This document shows positions 40,415-49,926 of a DNA stretch of 63,699 nt, piece by piece. Source of the DNA: Aquificaceae bacterium (GTDB lineage Bacteria > Aquificota > Aquificia > Aquificales > Aquificaceae); contig JAXSNY010000001.1 in assembly GCA_037925365.1 (NCBI GenBank), forward strand, positions 1 through 63,699, in the 5' to 3' direction. The number at the start of each line of letters is the position of its first letter. Positions within the stretch are counted from its first letter, which is position 1. Under the pieces are notes generated by a model. It did no database searches. It worked only from the letters and a program-made list of their open reading frames with translations, and had not been told where the DNA came from. Made by a program: the position numbers and the translations under genes.

Positions 40415-41913
40415 GATAAAAACCTGCTATACAGCTTCCTGTAGTTTTCTAAGAAAGCCTCTCTTGAATAAAATCTTTTAACTCTTTCTAATGCTGTCTT
40501 TTGACAAATTTCCCATAGACTTTCGTCAGTCAAAAGTTTTGCATAACTTTCCGCTAATCCATTGGTATCTTTTACTGATACCACTTCTCCCGCCTTACCG
40601 AGTTTTATATCTTCTTCATTTAACCCACCGTATATGAGTTGCCTACAAGAACCTACGTCAGTGGTAACACACGGAACTCCTCCCGCAAAACCTTCAAGAA
40701 CCGTATAGGGCATACCTTCGCTTATAGAAGTAAGTGTAAGAAGTCCTACTTTAGGTAGAATGTCTTCTACCTTTTGGAAACCTAAGAATTTCACCTTTTC
40801 CTCAAGACCCAACACTTTCACAAGATATAGACATTCCGCGTAATACTCTGGGTCTTCATCCGTAGGACCCACTACCCACCCTTCTGCCTCAGGGATTTTT
40901 TCAACCAATAGCTTCATAGCCTTTATAAAGGTTTTTATGTCCTTTATGGGAACCACCCTTCCAATAAGGGCTACAACTTTTGGAATATGTGGTGGTCTAC
41001 GTTTATATGCTTCAAGGAGCTTGTTTACATTCACACCGTTTGGAATCACTATGCACTTTTCTGGGTCTGCACCGTAAGATATCTGGATTTCCCGAGCTCC
41101 ATTAAAAAGAGATATAATTATGTCCGCCTCCGCATAGGTTACTTTTCCTAAGTGTATAAAGAACCTAGTCCAAACTCTCTTAGTTGCGGAAAGTTCAACA
41201 GAGCCTTTATATATTAAGAGCTTTTCATCCGATAACCAATCGGCGTTCATGAGGTCTATTTTTCTTTCTCTTGTGTATATACCATGCTCGGTTAGTATAA
41301 AGGGTTTTTTTCTGAACCTTTTTAAGAGAGCGGATAAAAAACCTGCATACCCCGTAGAAGGACTATGGACTAAATCAAAATCACCTACCTCCTTAGCTAT
41401 TTGTGCAACTAACCATAGAGGTGTATGTAGATTTCGCACATTCCAAAAGTAGTTTATAAAGGGTTCAGTTGCTCCATATCTTGAATACATATTTACTATG
41501 TGTTCCCATGCCCTCTTAGAATACAAAAAATCTTCATATTTAACCTCGTTTATTAAAAAGCTTTCATCTATTAGTTCTGTTATAGCTTCAGATTTATCAT
41601 CCTTGAGCGATCTATGAAGTTTTTCAACTATAGTGAAAGCTTTCTCATCACCTTCTATATAGTGCGGTTTTGGTTTTTCCTTTTCCTCAAAGAGATAGGA
41701 TGCGGAAAGATATACAAGATTTTCAGGAAGTTTATACCTTATGCCTTCGTAATCTTCTCGTCTACTACCTAAAAATACTACTCCAAATTTAATCTCCTCC
41801 ATACCCCTTATGAGGTCATCTATCCAAGTGGAAACTCCACCCCTTATATATGGGTAAGTTCCCTCTGCTACTAGCAATACCTGTGGTTTATCCTTGTTTA
41901 GAATTAGCTCCAT
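40402..41913 (-). CDS. pelF: Pel glycosyltransferase PelF (GT4)
   Basis: EGTYPY..GGVS.W, STGYAG, TEHGIYTRER, GRVVPIKDIKTFI, SISEG.P, TDVGSC. Confidence 0.95.
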   Translation of the reverse strand: MELILNKDKPQVLLVAEGTYPYIRGGVSTWIDDLIRGMEEIKFGVVFLGSRREDYEGIRYKLPENLVYLSASYLFEEKEKPKPHYIEGDEKAFTIVEKLHRSLKDDKSEAITELIDESFLINEVKYEDFLYSKRAWEHIVNMYSRYGATEPFINYFWNVRNLHTPLWLVAQIAKEVGDFDLVHSPSTGYAGFLSALLKRFRKKPFILTEHGIYTRERKIDLMNADWLSDEKLLIYKGSVELSATKRVWTRFFIHLGKVTYAEADIIISLFNGAREIQISYGADPEKCIVIPNGVNVNKLLEAYKRRPPHIPKVVALIGRVVPIKDIKTFIKAMKLLVEKIPEAEGWVVGPTDEDPEYYAECLYLVKVLGLEEKVKFLGFQKVEDILPKVGLLTLTSISEGMPYTVLEGFAGGVPCVTTDVGSCRQLIYGGLNEEDIKLGKAGEVVSVKDTNGLAESYAKLLTDESLWEICQKTALERVKRFYSREAFLENYRKLYSRFLSWRA

Positions 41914-42913
41914 TTTTCCTCACCCAGAAGTCTATAACATATACTAGATTAGGATTTATAGTATACCTTAAGCTATCTGAGTACTTTTGTATTACATTTT
42001 TAACTTCAGAAACATTTCCGCTTCCAAAGTATGCCTCCGCTATATAGGGAACATATTTAACCGGATTTACATATTTATATTGGCTCACCTTATTTAAAGT
42101 CTCTATAGCCTTTGAGTATTCCTTTTTAGCTATATATATCTTTCCAAGAAGTATGTAAAACTCTGGTGCATCCTTTATGTTCATAGCTTTGTATATATAC
42201 TCTTCAGCTTTCTGTAGTGTAACAATTTCTAATTCCTTATCTACAAGCTTGTAGTAGACAAGGTCGTAATAGCTCTGTGAGAGTTCAAAAAACAAATAAG
42301 CTTTATCTTCCTTACTTGCTTCTAGCCTTTCAAGTAGATGTTTTATTCTTTCTTGTATGCTATTTTCAAGCTTGTAGTATAAAGATGTTACGGATAGTCT
42401 CAATTCGTCATTTTCATGACCTATCAACCTTGAAACGTACTCAATTAGTTTTGGGTTTTTTACTTCAGTTATGACAAGAGAAATAAGCTCCAATCTACTT
42501 TTGGGAATATCATCCCTAAATATGATAGAGTATAAAGGTGCTTCACCGAAAAGACTAACTTTTGGTGGTATTCTATCAGCTAACAGTTCATACAATGAAA
42601 AGCTCTTTATGTTATCTCCCATAAAGGTTTTTTGATGTCTTAGAAGGTAGAGAGTCGCTATAACTAATGAAACATAACCTATTACGAATAAGAAGAAACC
42701 GATTAGAGTAAGTGATATAAATGCCCCTACGACTCCTTTCTTTTCTTTCCTATATCTCTTTGGCAATAGAGGTATTAATACACTTACGATTAAAAGACAG
42801 GCAATAAAATGAAGAAGAAACGATAAAAACAGCTGATATATACTCTTTAAAAACATTAGGTTTGTTATAGCACCCATTTCAAAGAAAAATGAGTAATAAA
42901 ATTCTTTCCTCAT
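41888..42913 (-). CDS. pelE: PelE-like inner-membrane TPR protein
   Basis: N-terminal TMs, DELRL, TPRs, PYIAE..F; first gene of pelEFG. Confidence 0.75.
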   Translation of the reverse strand: MRKEFYYSFFFEMGAITNLMFLKSIYQLFLSFLLHFIACLLIVSVLIPLLPKRYRKEKKGVVGAFISLTLIGFFLFVIGYVSLVIATLYLLRHQKTFMGDNIKSFSLYELLADRIPPKVSLFGEAPLYSIIFRDDIPKSRLELISLVITEVKNPKLIEYVSRLIGHENDELRLSVTSLYYKLENSIQERIKHLLERLEASKEDKAYLFFELSQSYYDLVYYKLVDKELEIVTLQKAEEYIYKAMNIKDAPEFYILLGKIYIAKKEYSKAIETLNKVSQYKYVNPVKYVPYIAEAYFGSGNVSEVKNVIQKYSDSLRYTINPNLVYVIDFWVRKNGANSKQG

Positions 42914-42947
42914 GTATAGTATAATATTTTAGCGGCAGGAGGTAAAC

Positions 42948-43451
42948 ATGAGAAAAGTAATTTTAGTCATAATCAGTTTGGTGCTTCTCTCTTGTTCATC
43001 AATGGTGGAGAATGCACAAAAAGGTTTAGAAAAGGGACCTACCTTTGCGGTCATACCCTTTGAAAATAACACGGAAACGCCTTTAGCGGGACTAAGGGTT
43101 GCTTCTATTGCAGAAGGTGTTGCTTCTTCAAAGGGGTATAATGTTAAGAGGGTTATAACTTATGAACAAAAAGAATATGCACAGGAAGATATTATGAACA
43201 TAATTAACACTCTTAAGGATAAAAATATAGACTACGTTATAACAGGTTCGGTGAACGAATTTAGATACAAGGCAGGAATAGATGGAGAGCCTGCGGTAAG
43301 TATAACACTAAGAATATTTTCTTTAAAAGAGGATAAATGGGTTTATGTAGCAACCGCATCAAGGAGCGGTTGGTATTTTCAATCTGTATCCACTTTAGCA
43401 CAAAGTATATTAAACAAAATAATTCCTACAACAGATGTTTTCAATAGGTAA
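42948..43451 (+). CDS. pelC: PelC outer-membrane lipoprotein
   Basis: Lipobox LLSC, P.EN.TETP.AG, GSV.E.RYK.G.DGEPAV. Confidence 0.9.
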   Translation: MRKVILVIISLVLLSCSSMVENAQKGLEKGPTFAVIPFENNTETPLAGLRVASIAEGVASSKGYNVKRVITYEQKEYAQEDIMNIINTLKDKNIDYVITGSVNEFRYKAGIDGEPAVSITLRIFSLKEDKWVYVATASRSGWYFQSVSTLAQSILNKIIPTTDVFNR

Positions 43452-44775
43452 CTTACTCAAAAGCAGGTTTAAGCTAGACAGAGATCTACTAGATGGCAAG
43501 ACGGAAATAAATATAAAGTTAGCTTTGGTTGAAGTTTTATTTTTTGTCAGTTTTATTTACCTTTTAGGCTTTCTTTTTAACAAAGAAGATCCCTTGTTTG
43601 TAAATAGCAATTTTTCTATAGTAATTCATATGTTACCTTTGGTAGTGCTAACCTTGTTTTATGGATTTTTAATAGGCTCAGTATATATGATAATATTTGC
43701 TACAGCTAAATACCTTATCTACGGAAAGCTTGACACTTTATACTTGCTATACATTTTTCTATACCTTTTAGTGTTTTCTGAATTTCATTTTTATTGGAAT
43801 AGGAGAATAAGAAGTTTATTGGGAAAGGTAGAATATATAGGGGATAGATTAAGAGATGTTGGAAGGGCTTTGTATCTAACAAAGCTTTCGCATGATAGAT
43901 TAGAAAGCTACCACATAGCTAAGCCTATAAGTATAAGAGGTTTTATAGAAGACTTGCGAAGAGATATGCTTAAAGGTGTTAGTTTGGAAGAACTTCTAAA
44001 AAGGGTGGTGCAATTCATCGGTAGTATCTATACAATAGAAAAGGGAGAACTTTTTAAGATAAATGGAAATAAACTTGAAAGTGTAGTAAAGCTGGGGGAT
44101 ATGGAAGAGCTAAATCTTAAAGATAACTTAATACAGATTGCTTTGAAAAAAGGAGAGACCACTTATGTAAGTGATTTATTACCAGAATCCACAAGTAAAT
44201 ATCTGTGTGCTATACCTTTGCCTATAGAAGATGGGGATTACTACCTTTTTGTTATAGAAAAGATGCCTTTTTTTAATTTAAATGTTGACAATATATTGTC
44301 TATTAACGCTATTTTAGATTACATATTATTTAGCTATCATCACACTATTAGCTTAAGAGATTTTCATTTGCGTTTTGGTTGGATAAACTCTGATATGCTT
44401 AGAGAAATTGTAAAGTGTGCTTACTTGAAAGAAAAATACAATATAGATTCAAGTGTAGTGGTTTTTAAACTTAAAAAGTGGGACAAGTCTATATATTACC
44501 TACTATTTTACCTACTATTGGATACGGTGAGAGGTTTGGATTTTGTAGATAAATGTGAAAATTTAGGAATAATAGTGCTTTTACCCTTTACAAATCAGGC
44601 AGGTGTATATAGTTTTCTGGGAAGACTTGAAGATGTTTTGCAGAGTTTAGGATCTGGTAGTTTTGGGCAACTTGGTATTCACCACCGCATATACGAACTT
44701 AAGGAAGTAAAGACCCTTCTCATGGAAATGGAGGAATTTATGTTTAATTTAGCTAATGTGGTGGATAGAGCATAG
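43435..44775 (+). CDS. pelD: PelD c-di-GMP receptor (TM, GAF-like, degenerate GGDEF)
   Basis: DPL, L.YG, L..LSHD.LE, RxxD I-site RGLD, LLPFT. Confidence 0.85.
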   Translation: MFSIGNLLKSRFKLDRDLLDGKTEINIKLALVEVLFFVSFIYLLGFLFNKEDPLFVNSNFSIVIHMLPLVVLTLFYGFLIGSVYMIIFATAKYLIYGKLDTLYLLYIFLYLLVFSEFHFYWNRRIRSLLGKVEYIGDRLRDVGRALYLTKLSHDRLESYHIAKPISIRGFIEDLRRDMLKGVSLEELLKRVVQFIGSIYTIEKGELFKINGNKLESVVKLGDMEELNLKDNLIQIALKKGETTYVSDLLPESTSKYLCAIPLPIEDGDYYLFVIEKMPFFNLNVDNILSINAILDYILFSYHHTISLRDFHLRFGWINSDMLREIVKCAYLKEKYNIDSSVVVFKLKKWDKSIYYLLFYLLLDTVRGLDFVDKCENLGIIVLLPFTNQAGVYSFLGRLEDVLQSLGSGSFGQLGIHHRIYELKEVKTLLMEMEEFMFNLANVVDRA

Positions 44776-45871
44776 TCTTGAAGATATAAAGCTTAATAAT
44801 CTGTATCGTATACGCCTTTTAAAAGAAGGTCTTTTAGATTTTTGCTCCAACGACTACCTTGCACTGAAAGACCACCCTGAGGTAATTGAGGAGAGTGTAA
44901 AGGTTCTTAGAAATTACGGTCTTGGGTCTGGTGCTTCCGCACTTGTGTCTGGATATACAAAGCATCATAAAGAGCTTGAAGACAAACTATCTGAGTTTAA
45001 GTCTACACCTTGCTGTGTTCTTTTTGGCTCTGGTTATCTTGCTAACCTTGGCACTATACCTGTCCTTGTGGGGGAGAATGATTTAGTCCTGAGCGACCAG
45101 CTAAACCATGCAAGTATTATAGATGCTTGTAGGTTATCTAAATCTAAGGTGCTTGTCTACAGACATGGAGACTACCAACACTTAGAAGAGCTACTCAAAA
45201 CCTTTAGAAACTACCACAGAAGATGTCTTATAGTTACGGATACGGTTTTTAGCATGGATGGTGACATTGCGGATATTAGAACCCTAAAAAGGTATGCGGA
45301 AGAATTTGACTGCATGCTCTATATTGATGAAGCCCATGCAACGGGTGTGCTTGGACCTTCTGGAAGAGGTGGTCTTGAAGAGTCTGGAGAGAGTTGGGAA
45401 GAGTATATAGTGGTTATGGGTACATTATCAAAGGCGATAGGCTCGTATGGTGCCTTTGTATGTGGTTCTAAGGTTTTATGTGATTATCTGGTAAACAAGG
45501 CAAGGAGTTTGATATTTTCCACATCTCTTCCTCCTGCGGTATGTGCTGGTACAAAAAGGGCTATAGAGATTATCCAGCGAGAAAGCTGGAGGGTAAGAAA
45601 GCTGAGAGAGAGAAGCCAGTTGATATACAATAGGCTCTCCACATTTGGGCTTGAGGTTCTCTTTCACCATACACCTATTTTGCCCATAATGGTTTACGAG
45701 GAAGCCAAAGCATTAGAGTTGAGGGATAGACTTCTTAAGCAAGGAATACTTATTCAAGCTATAAGATACCCCACAGTTCCCAAAGGCATGGCAAGGCTAA
45801 GACTTACCACAACGCTAAGGTACACGGATAATGACCTTGAAAGGCTCTTTAAGTCCCTTGAAAAGCTTTAA
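44756..45871 (+). CDS. bioF: 8-amino-7-oxononanoate synthase
   Basis: FCSNDYL, SGY.ANLG, NHASIID, FSMDGD, DEAH, TLSKA, IRYPTVP. Confidence 0.95.
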   Translation: MWWIEHSLEDIKLNNLYRIRLLKEGLLDFCSNDYLALKDHPEVIEESVKVLRNYGLGSGASALVSGYTKHHKELEDKLSEFKSTPCCVLFGSGYLANLGTIPVLVGENDLVLSDQLNHASIIDACRLSKSKVLVYRHGDYQHLEELLKTFRNYHRRCLIVTDTVFSMDGDIADIRTLKRYAEEFDCMLYIDEAHATGVLGPSGRGGLEESGESWEEYIVVMGTLSKAIGSYGAFVCGSKVLCDYLVNKARSLIFSTSLPPAVCAGTKRAIEIIQRESWRVRKLRERSQLIYNRLSTFGLEVLFHHTPILPIMVYEEAKALELRDRLLKQGILIQAIRYPTVPKGMARLRLTTTLRYTDNDLERLFKSLEKL

Positions 45872-45914
45872 CCCCCTCCCACCCCTTTGTTCCCTCCCAT
45901 GCCCATCTTCTAAA

Positions 45915-47285
45915 TTACCTTACCAGATTTATTGTATCATCAAGCACCGCGTTGGATGAGGTTATTACCCTTGTATTTGCCTGATATGCCCTTTGGGCAG
46001 ATATAAGATTTATAAACTCAACCCCTATATCCACATTGGACATTTCTAACATGCCAGACCTGACTTTCTCCGCACCACCTGGGGTCATTATGGTTGGTGT
46101 GGAAATGGAGGTATAAAGATTAGAACCTTTTTTTGTAAGTTCCTCTGGGTCGGAGAACACTGCAACCGCGACTCTATAAAGGGGGAGGGATTTCCCGTTG
46201 GAATACACACCTACAACCGCACCATCTTCTGACAGAACATAGACATCCACAAGGTCACCCTTGGCGTAGCCATTTTGGTCTGCTGTGACAAGAAAGTCTG
46301 CAGAGTATCGGGTTATGTATGAATTTGGGATAGGGTCTCCATTATTTACTGTCACAGATTGGAGAGACTCACCTACGTATATCCTCCAGTCAGTGTTTGC
46401 AGGGAATGTTCCACCGCTGGGAGTGGGTGTAGGAACGGAAAGAGCACCTGGGTTTAGATAGTAGTAATAGCTTTTCCCATCGGGAGATTGTTCTCTCGTA
46501 ACTACCGTTCCGTCGTAGACCAGTTTTCCAGAGGAATCAAATTGAACACCTGTCCAGTCACCAGAAAACTCATATCCTGCATTTGCTGGGTCAATGTCCG
46601 CCCTGAGGTATATATTCCATGTATTTGTTACCGTCTTTCTGAAAAACAGGTCTGCTTGATAGGGGGTTCCAAGGCTGTCGTATATGGTTATGGTGTATTT
46701 GTAGTTGTAACTTGCAGGGTTATTTGGGTCAAAAGGAACCGCAGGTACGCCTGCATCTGCGTTAAGGTTTGTTGGACCCAAGAACCTTATCTGCCCTGTA
46801 GCTTTGGGTGGAAGCTGAGGTATAACGTGAATGTCTTCGGGAGCAGTGCCTACGGTTTTCCCCCTCTCGTCAACTCTGAAGCCCTGCAGTTTTAAACCAC
46901 CAGAATTAACCATATAGCCATCCCTGCTAAGCCTAAATTGTCCATCCCTTGTGTAGTAGTTGATTCCTGAAATGGGGTCCTTTATTATAAAAAGTCCTCT
47001 GCCTTGTATGGCAAGGTCGGTATTTATACCTGTCTGCTTGAAGTTGCCTATTGTCCAAAGCTTTTGCGTGCTATCAATCAAAACACCCGCTTCGTATGTG
47101 GTAGACTTAATGGTGTTGGTTACTGTATTAAGACCTATGGTGACCGAAGATATAACGTCCTGAAAAATGGGTCTACTACCCTTAAAGCCTATGGTGTTTA
47201 CGTTTGCCATATTATCTGCGGTTATGTCCATCCATGTTCTGTAGGCGTTCATGCCTGTTACAGCGTTAAAAAAGCTCCTCATCAT
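45915..47285 (-). CDS. flgE: Flagellar hook protein FlgE
   Basis: NMANVNTIGFK, DLAIQG.G.F, YTRDGQF, IYDSLG, LEMSNVD, QRAYQAN. Confidence 0.93.
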   Translation of the reverse strand: MMRSFFNAVTGMNAYRTWMDITADNMANVNTIGFKGSRPIFQDVISSVTIGLNTVTNTIKSTTYEAGVLIDSTQKLWTIGNFKQTGINTDLAIQGRGLFIIKDPISGINYYTRDGQFRLSRDGYMVNSGGLKLQGFRVDERGKTVGTAPEDIHVIPQLPPKATGQIRFLGPTNLNADAGVPAVPFDPNNPASYNYKYTITIYDSLGTPYQADLFFRKTVTNTWNIYLRADIDPANAGYEFSGDWTGVQFDSSGKLVYDGTVVTREQSPDGKSYYYYLNPGALSVPTPTPSGGTFPANTDWRIYVGESLQSVTVNNGDPIPNSYITRYSADFLVTADQNGYAKGDLVDVYVLSEDGAVVGVYSNGKSLPLYRVAVAVFSDPEELTKKGSNLYTSISTPTIMTPGGAEKVRSGMLEMSNVDIGVEFINLISAQRAYQANTRVITSSNAVLDDTINLVR

Positions 47286-47287
47286 GA

Positions 47288-47935
47288 CTACGTCCCTCCT
47301 GCATATATTAGTCTTGAAGGAGAAACAAGCTCTCCATTTTCAAGCTCAAAAAGCAGTTCCCCACCAGAAACACTAACAGACTTTATCTTACCCATAACAC
47401 CAAGATTTAGACCATCAACGGGCATACCGTTCTTAAGTATCTGCACGCTGAACTGCCCCTTTGGCAGGTCCCTAAGTTCAATAGGATTAAGCCCCTTGTT
47501 TATATCTAATTGAAGCTCCTTTATCACATCATCTCCATCCATTATCCTAAGGGTAGCATCCTTTATATCCTCTGAAGACAGAAGGTAGTATTGCCCACCC
47601 TTTAGTGTATCTATTTTGTCAGTGGAGAACACAAACTCCTTACCTATCAAACTCAGGCTTGAGAGAAGGGTGATTTGATTAAACCAACCCTTGAGACCTT
47701 CCATAAAGCTTTTCATATCGTTCATATACCTGATCTGATTTAGCCTTGTCATGTCCTCTAACATCTTTGAGAGGTCTTGAGGCTGGAAAGGGTCTTGATA
47801 CTTTAGGGTCTCCATGTATATTTTTAGGAAGTCTTCAGAAGAGAGACTGTCTACGCCTTGAGTGTAGTTTTTGGGTAGAACTTTCGGCTCAGGGGGTTTT
47901 ATATCGTAGGGGTTTGTAGCCTTAAGCTGCGCCAT
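47288..47935 (-). CDS. flgD: Flagellar hook capping protein FlgD
   Basis: DFLK....LKYQDP..P, SLIGK; upstream of flgE. Confidence 0.88.
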   Translation of the reverse strand: MAQLKATNPYDIKPPEPKVLPKNYTQGVDSLSSEDFLKIYMETLKYQDPFQPQDLSKMLEDMTRLNQIRYMNDMKSFMEGLKGWFNQITLLSSLSLIGKEFVFSTDKIDTLKGGQYYLLSSEDIKDATLRIMDGDDVIKELQLDINKGLNPIELRDLPKGQFSVQILKNGMPVDGLNLGVMGKIKSVSVSGGELLFELENGELVSPSRLIYAGGT

Positions 47936-48179
47936 CCTTCTTCCCTCCCTTCTGTTTTTGGAACTCTTCCGCTAATATCTGGGCGAAGCTCTTCTGTTGG
48001 GTTTGCCCTGATGGGATGCTACCCTTTAGGTCATAAACCCTCTGCTCCTTTTTTATTATGAGCTGGTCATCTTTTACCTCAATCCTGACCAAGTCTCCCT
48101 CCTTTAGCCCGAGCCTTTTTCTAACATCACTGGGCAAAGCTACCAGCCCTCTTGCCATTATCTTGGCTACCTCATCCAT
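47922..48179 (-). CDS. AbrB/MazE/SpoVT family DNA-binding protein
   Basis: K...RG.V.LP..VR..LGLKEGD.V. Confidence 0.85.
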   Translation of the reverse strand: MDEVAKIMARGLVALPSDVRKRLGLKEGDLVRIEVKDDQLIIKKEQRVYDLKGSIPSGQTQQKSFAQILAEEFQKQKGGKKDGAA

Positions 48180-48186
48180 GGGTATG

Positions 48187-48214
48187 ATTATATTCCTATT
48201 TTGGAAAATGTCAA
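48187..48214 (-). promoter_or_regulatory. Consensus sigma70 promoter for abrB-like/flgD/flgE, probably leaderless
   Basis: Minus strand TTGACA-16-TATAAT, ending 7 nt before ATG 48179. Confidence 0.7.
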
Positions 48215-48308
48215 GTAGTTTGATACTATAATAATGTCAAACAATAATTAACTATCAGAAAACCTACAAGATAAATCCGTAAAAAATTGTCGTATAATCT
48301 TCTATTCA

Positions 48309-49886
48309 ATGAGCCTCGAGCCCACAAAAATACCTCTCACGGTGAAGGAGTTTGACAGCCAAAAAGTAGGCTTTTGTGCAGGTTGTGGCTGTGCCTGCGG
48401 ATATATCCTTTACCAAAAGGAAGGTAAGATAGTAGACTTATACGGGCACCCTGCAGATCCAAGGGGGATGGGAAGTCTATGCACCAAAGGCATAGCCTAT
48501 ATACAGGAAGCGACAACCAATCCTATGAGACTAAAAGGTATTTTTATGAGGAAGGGAGATGAGTTTATTTCTGTTGATTACGCTCAAGCTCTTGAAATCC
48601 TGAAGGGAAAACTATCAAAGGGCAAGACTGCCTTTTTGCTTGGTAGACAGACAGGACTTGAGGATTATCTCCTTGCCAGAAGCCTTTCAGAGGATGTTTT
48701 TGTTGATGCTCCTATTGTAGACTTTATGCCTTCAAGTCTTAAGCCCACTGATTGGAAAAGGGCAAAGTTCATACTCTCCGTTGACGCGGAGCCAGTTTTT
48801 TCTGAGGTTATGGCAACGCGGTGGGTGGTAGATGCCATAGAAGCGGGTGCATACCTCTTTTGTCTCTCCAGCAGGTACGAAACCACCTGTGCCAAGGCAA
48901 AGGATAGATTGCTCTTAAAGCCAGATTCTATTATAGAGTTTTTGCAGGCTATTCTTGAGCCTGAAAAGGGTGATAGCAAGGTAGAGTTTGTTAAAAGGAG
49001 TCTGTTTCTTATGAGAGGTGCCCTTGTCCTTGTGGGAGCACATCTTTTGAATTCTCCCTTTAGAGAAGCTATACTTTCTATTCTTGCTGGGCTTAGAAAG
49101 AAGTTTGGTGTTAACTACAGCTTCGTGGGAGACCTTATGCCTTTCCCTGCCAAGCCTATGGAGGAGTTTTTTGAAAGGTTTGAGGAGTTTGATAACCTTG
49201 TGGTGGTAGGAAACCACTTTAGATATCTAAGTGAAGACCATCTAAAAGCCCTTAAGGATAAGTTTGTGGTTAGCTTTCAGGTTTTCCCAAACATTACAGC
49301 CCATTATTCGGACATGCTTTTTGCCTTGAGCATGTATCAAGAGCGAGACTTTATAAACTACAGACATGGCTTTGGCTATCTTGTATATTCACCAAAGACG
49401 GTAGATGCGCAAGATGTTTATAGTCCTGCGGACGTGCTTGGAAAAGCTCTTGGGCTAAGGGTAAGCCTAAAAGACTTTGAATACTATGAACATTTAGAAA
49501 CAAAGGGTGAGGTAGAGCTTAGGATGGAAGACATTGGTTCGAAGGGGTTTTCAGGTGATTACTACACACGAAAGGGCGAGCTTTTCCTTTACACAGACAG
49601 CACTCTTGTGGAGGACTTGGGACATTGGAACCCTTGGACCCATGAGATGGAAAGGTTTCAAAGGGCTTATATAAACCCGCACACTGCAAGAAGGATCGGC
49701 CTAAAGGATAGCATACAGATAGGAGGTATAATTTTTGACTTAATCACCACAGAAAATATAGCAGAGGGCGTTATCTTTATACCCTCAGAGTATGAAGAAT
49801 TTCAACCCTTTGACCCAGGGCGTAGAGTTGGAGCTTTCCTAAAAAATCCCTATCACAGGTATGAGGTCTTGGCGACTAGTCTTTGA
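48309..49886 (+). CDS. Molybdopterin oxidoreductase family protein (short/divergent) with an N-terminal 4Fe-4S motif
   Basis: CAGCGCAC (CxxCxxxC)...G.LCTKG; C-terminal YINP.TA..IG dinucleotide-binding-like segment. Confidence 0.7.
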   Translation: MSLEPTKIPLTVKEFDSQKVGFCAGCGCACGYILYQKEGKIVDLYGHPADPRGMGSLCTKGIAYIQEATTNPMRLKGIFMRKGDEFISVDYAQALEILKGKLSKGKTAFLLGRQTGLEDYLLARSLSEDVFVDAPIVDFMPSSLKPTDWKRAKFILSVDAEPVFSEVMATRWVVDAIEAGAYLFCLSSRYETTCAKAKDRLLLKPDSIIEFLQAILEPEKGDSKVEFVKRSLFLMRGALVLVGAHLLNSPFREAILSILAGLRKKFGVNYSFVGDLMPFPAKPMEEFFERFEEFDNLVVVGNHFRYLSEDHLKALKDKFVVSFQVFPNITAHYSDMLFALSMYQERDFINYRHGFGYLVYSPKTVDAQDVYSPADVLGKALGLRVSLKDFEYYEHLETKGEVELRMEDIGSKGFSGDYYTRKGELFLYTDSTLVEDLGHWNPWTHEMERFQRAYINPHTARRIGLKDSIQIGGIIFDLITTENIAEGVIFIPSEYEEFQPFDPGRRVGAFLKNPYHRYEVLATSL

Positions 49887-49891
49887 AAATG

Positions 49892-49920
49892 TTGACAAAC
49901 GAAGACAAATGTTGTATATT
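49892..49920 (+). promoter_or_regulatory. Sigma70 promoter
   Basis: TTGACA-17-TATATT; direct repeat AAATGTTG at 49887 and 49907. Confidence 0.75.
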
Positions 49921-49926
49921 ATTCCT

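Larger units (their letters stand above)
32569..44775. other. Pel exopolysaccharide biosynthesis cluster, AT-rich and probably horizontally acquired
   Basis: Recognisable pelA, C, D, E, F, G and PelB-like genes; visibly more AT-rich than the flanking dsbC and upstream housekeeping genes. Confidence 0.85.
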
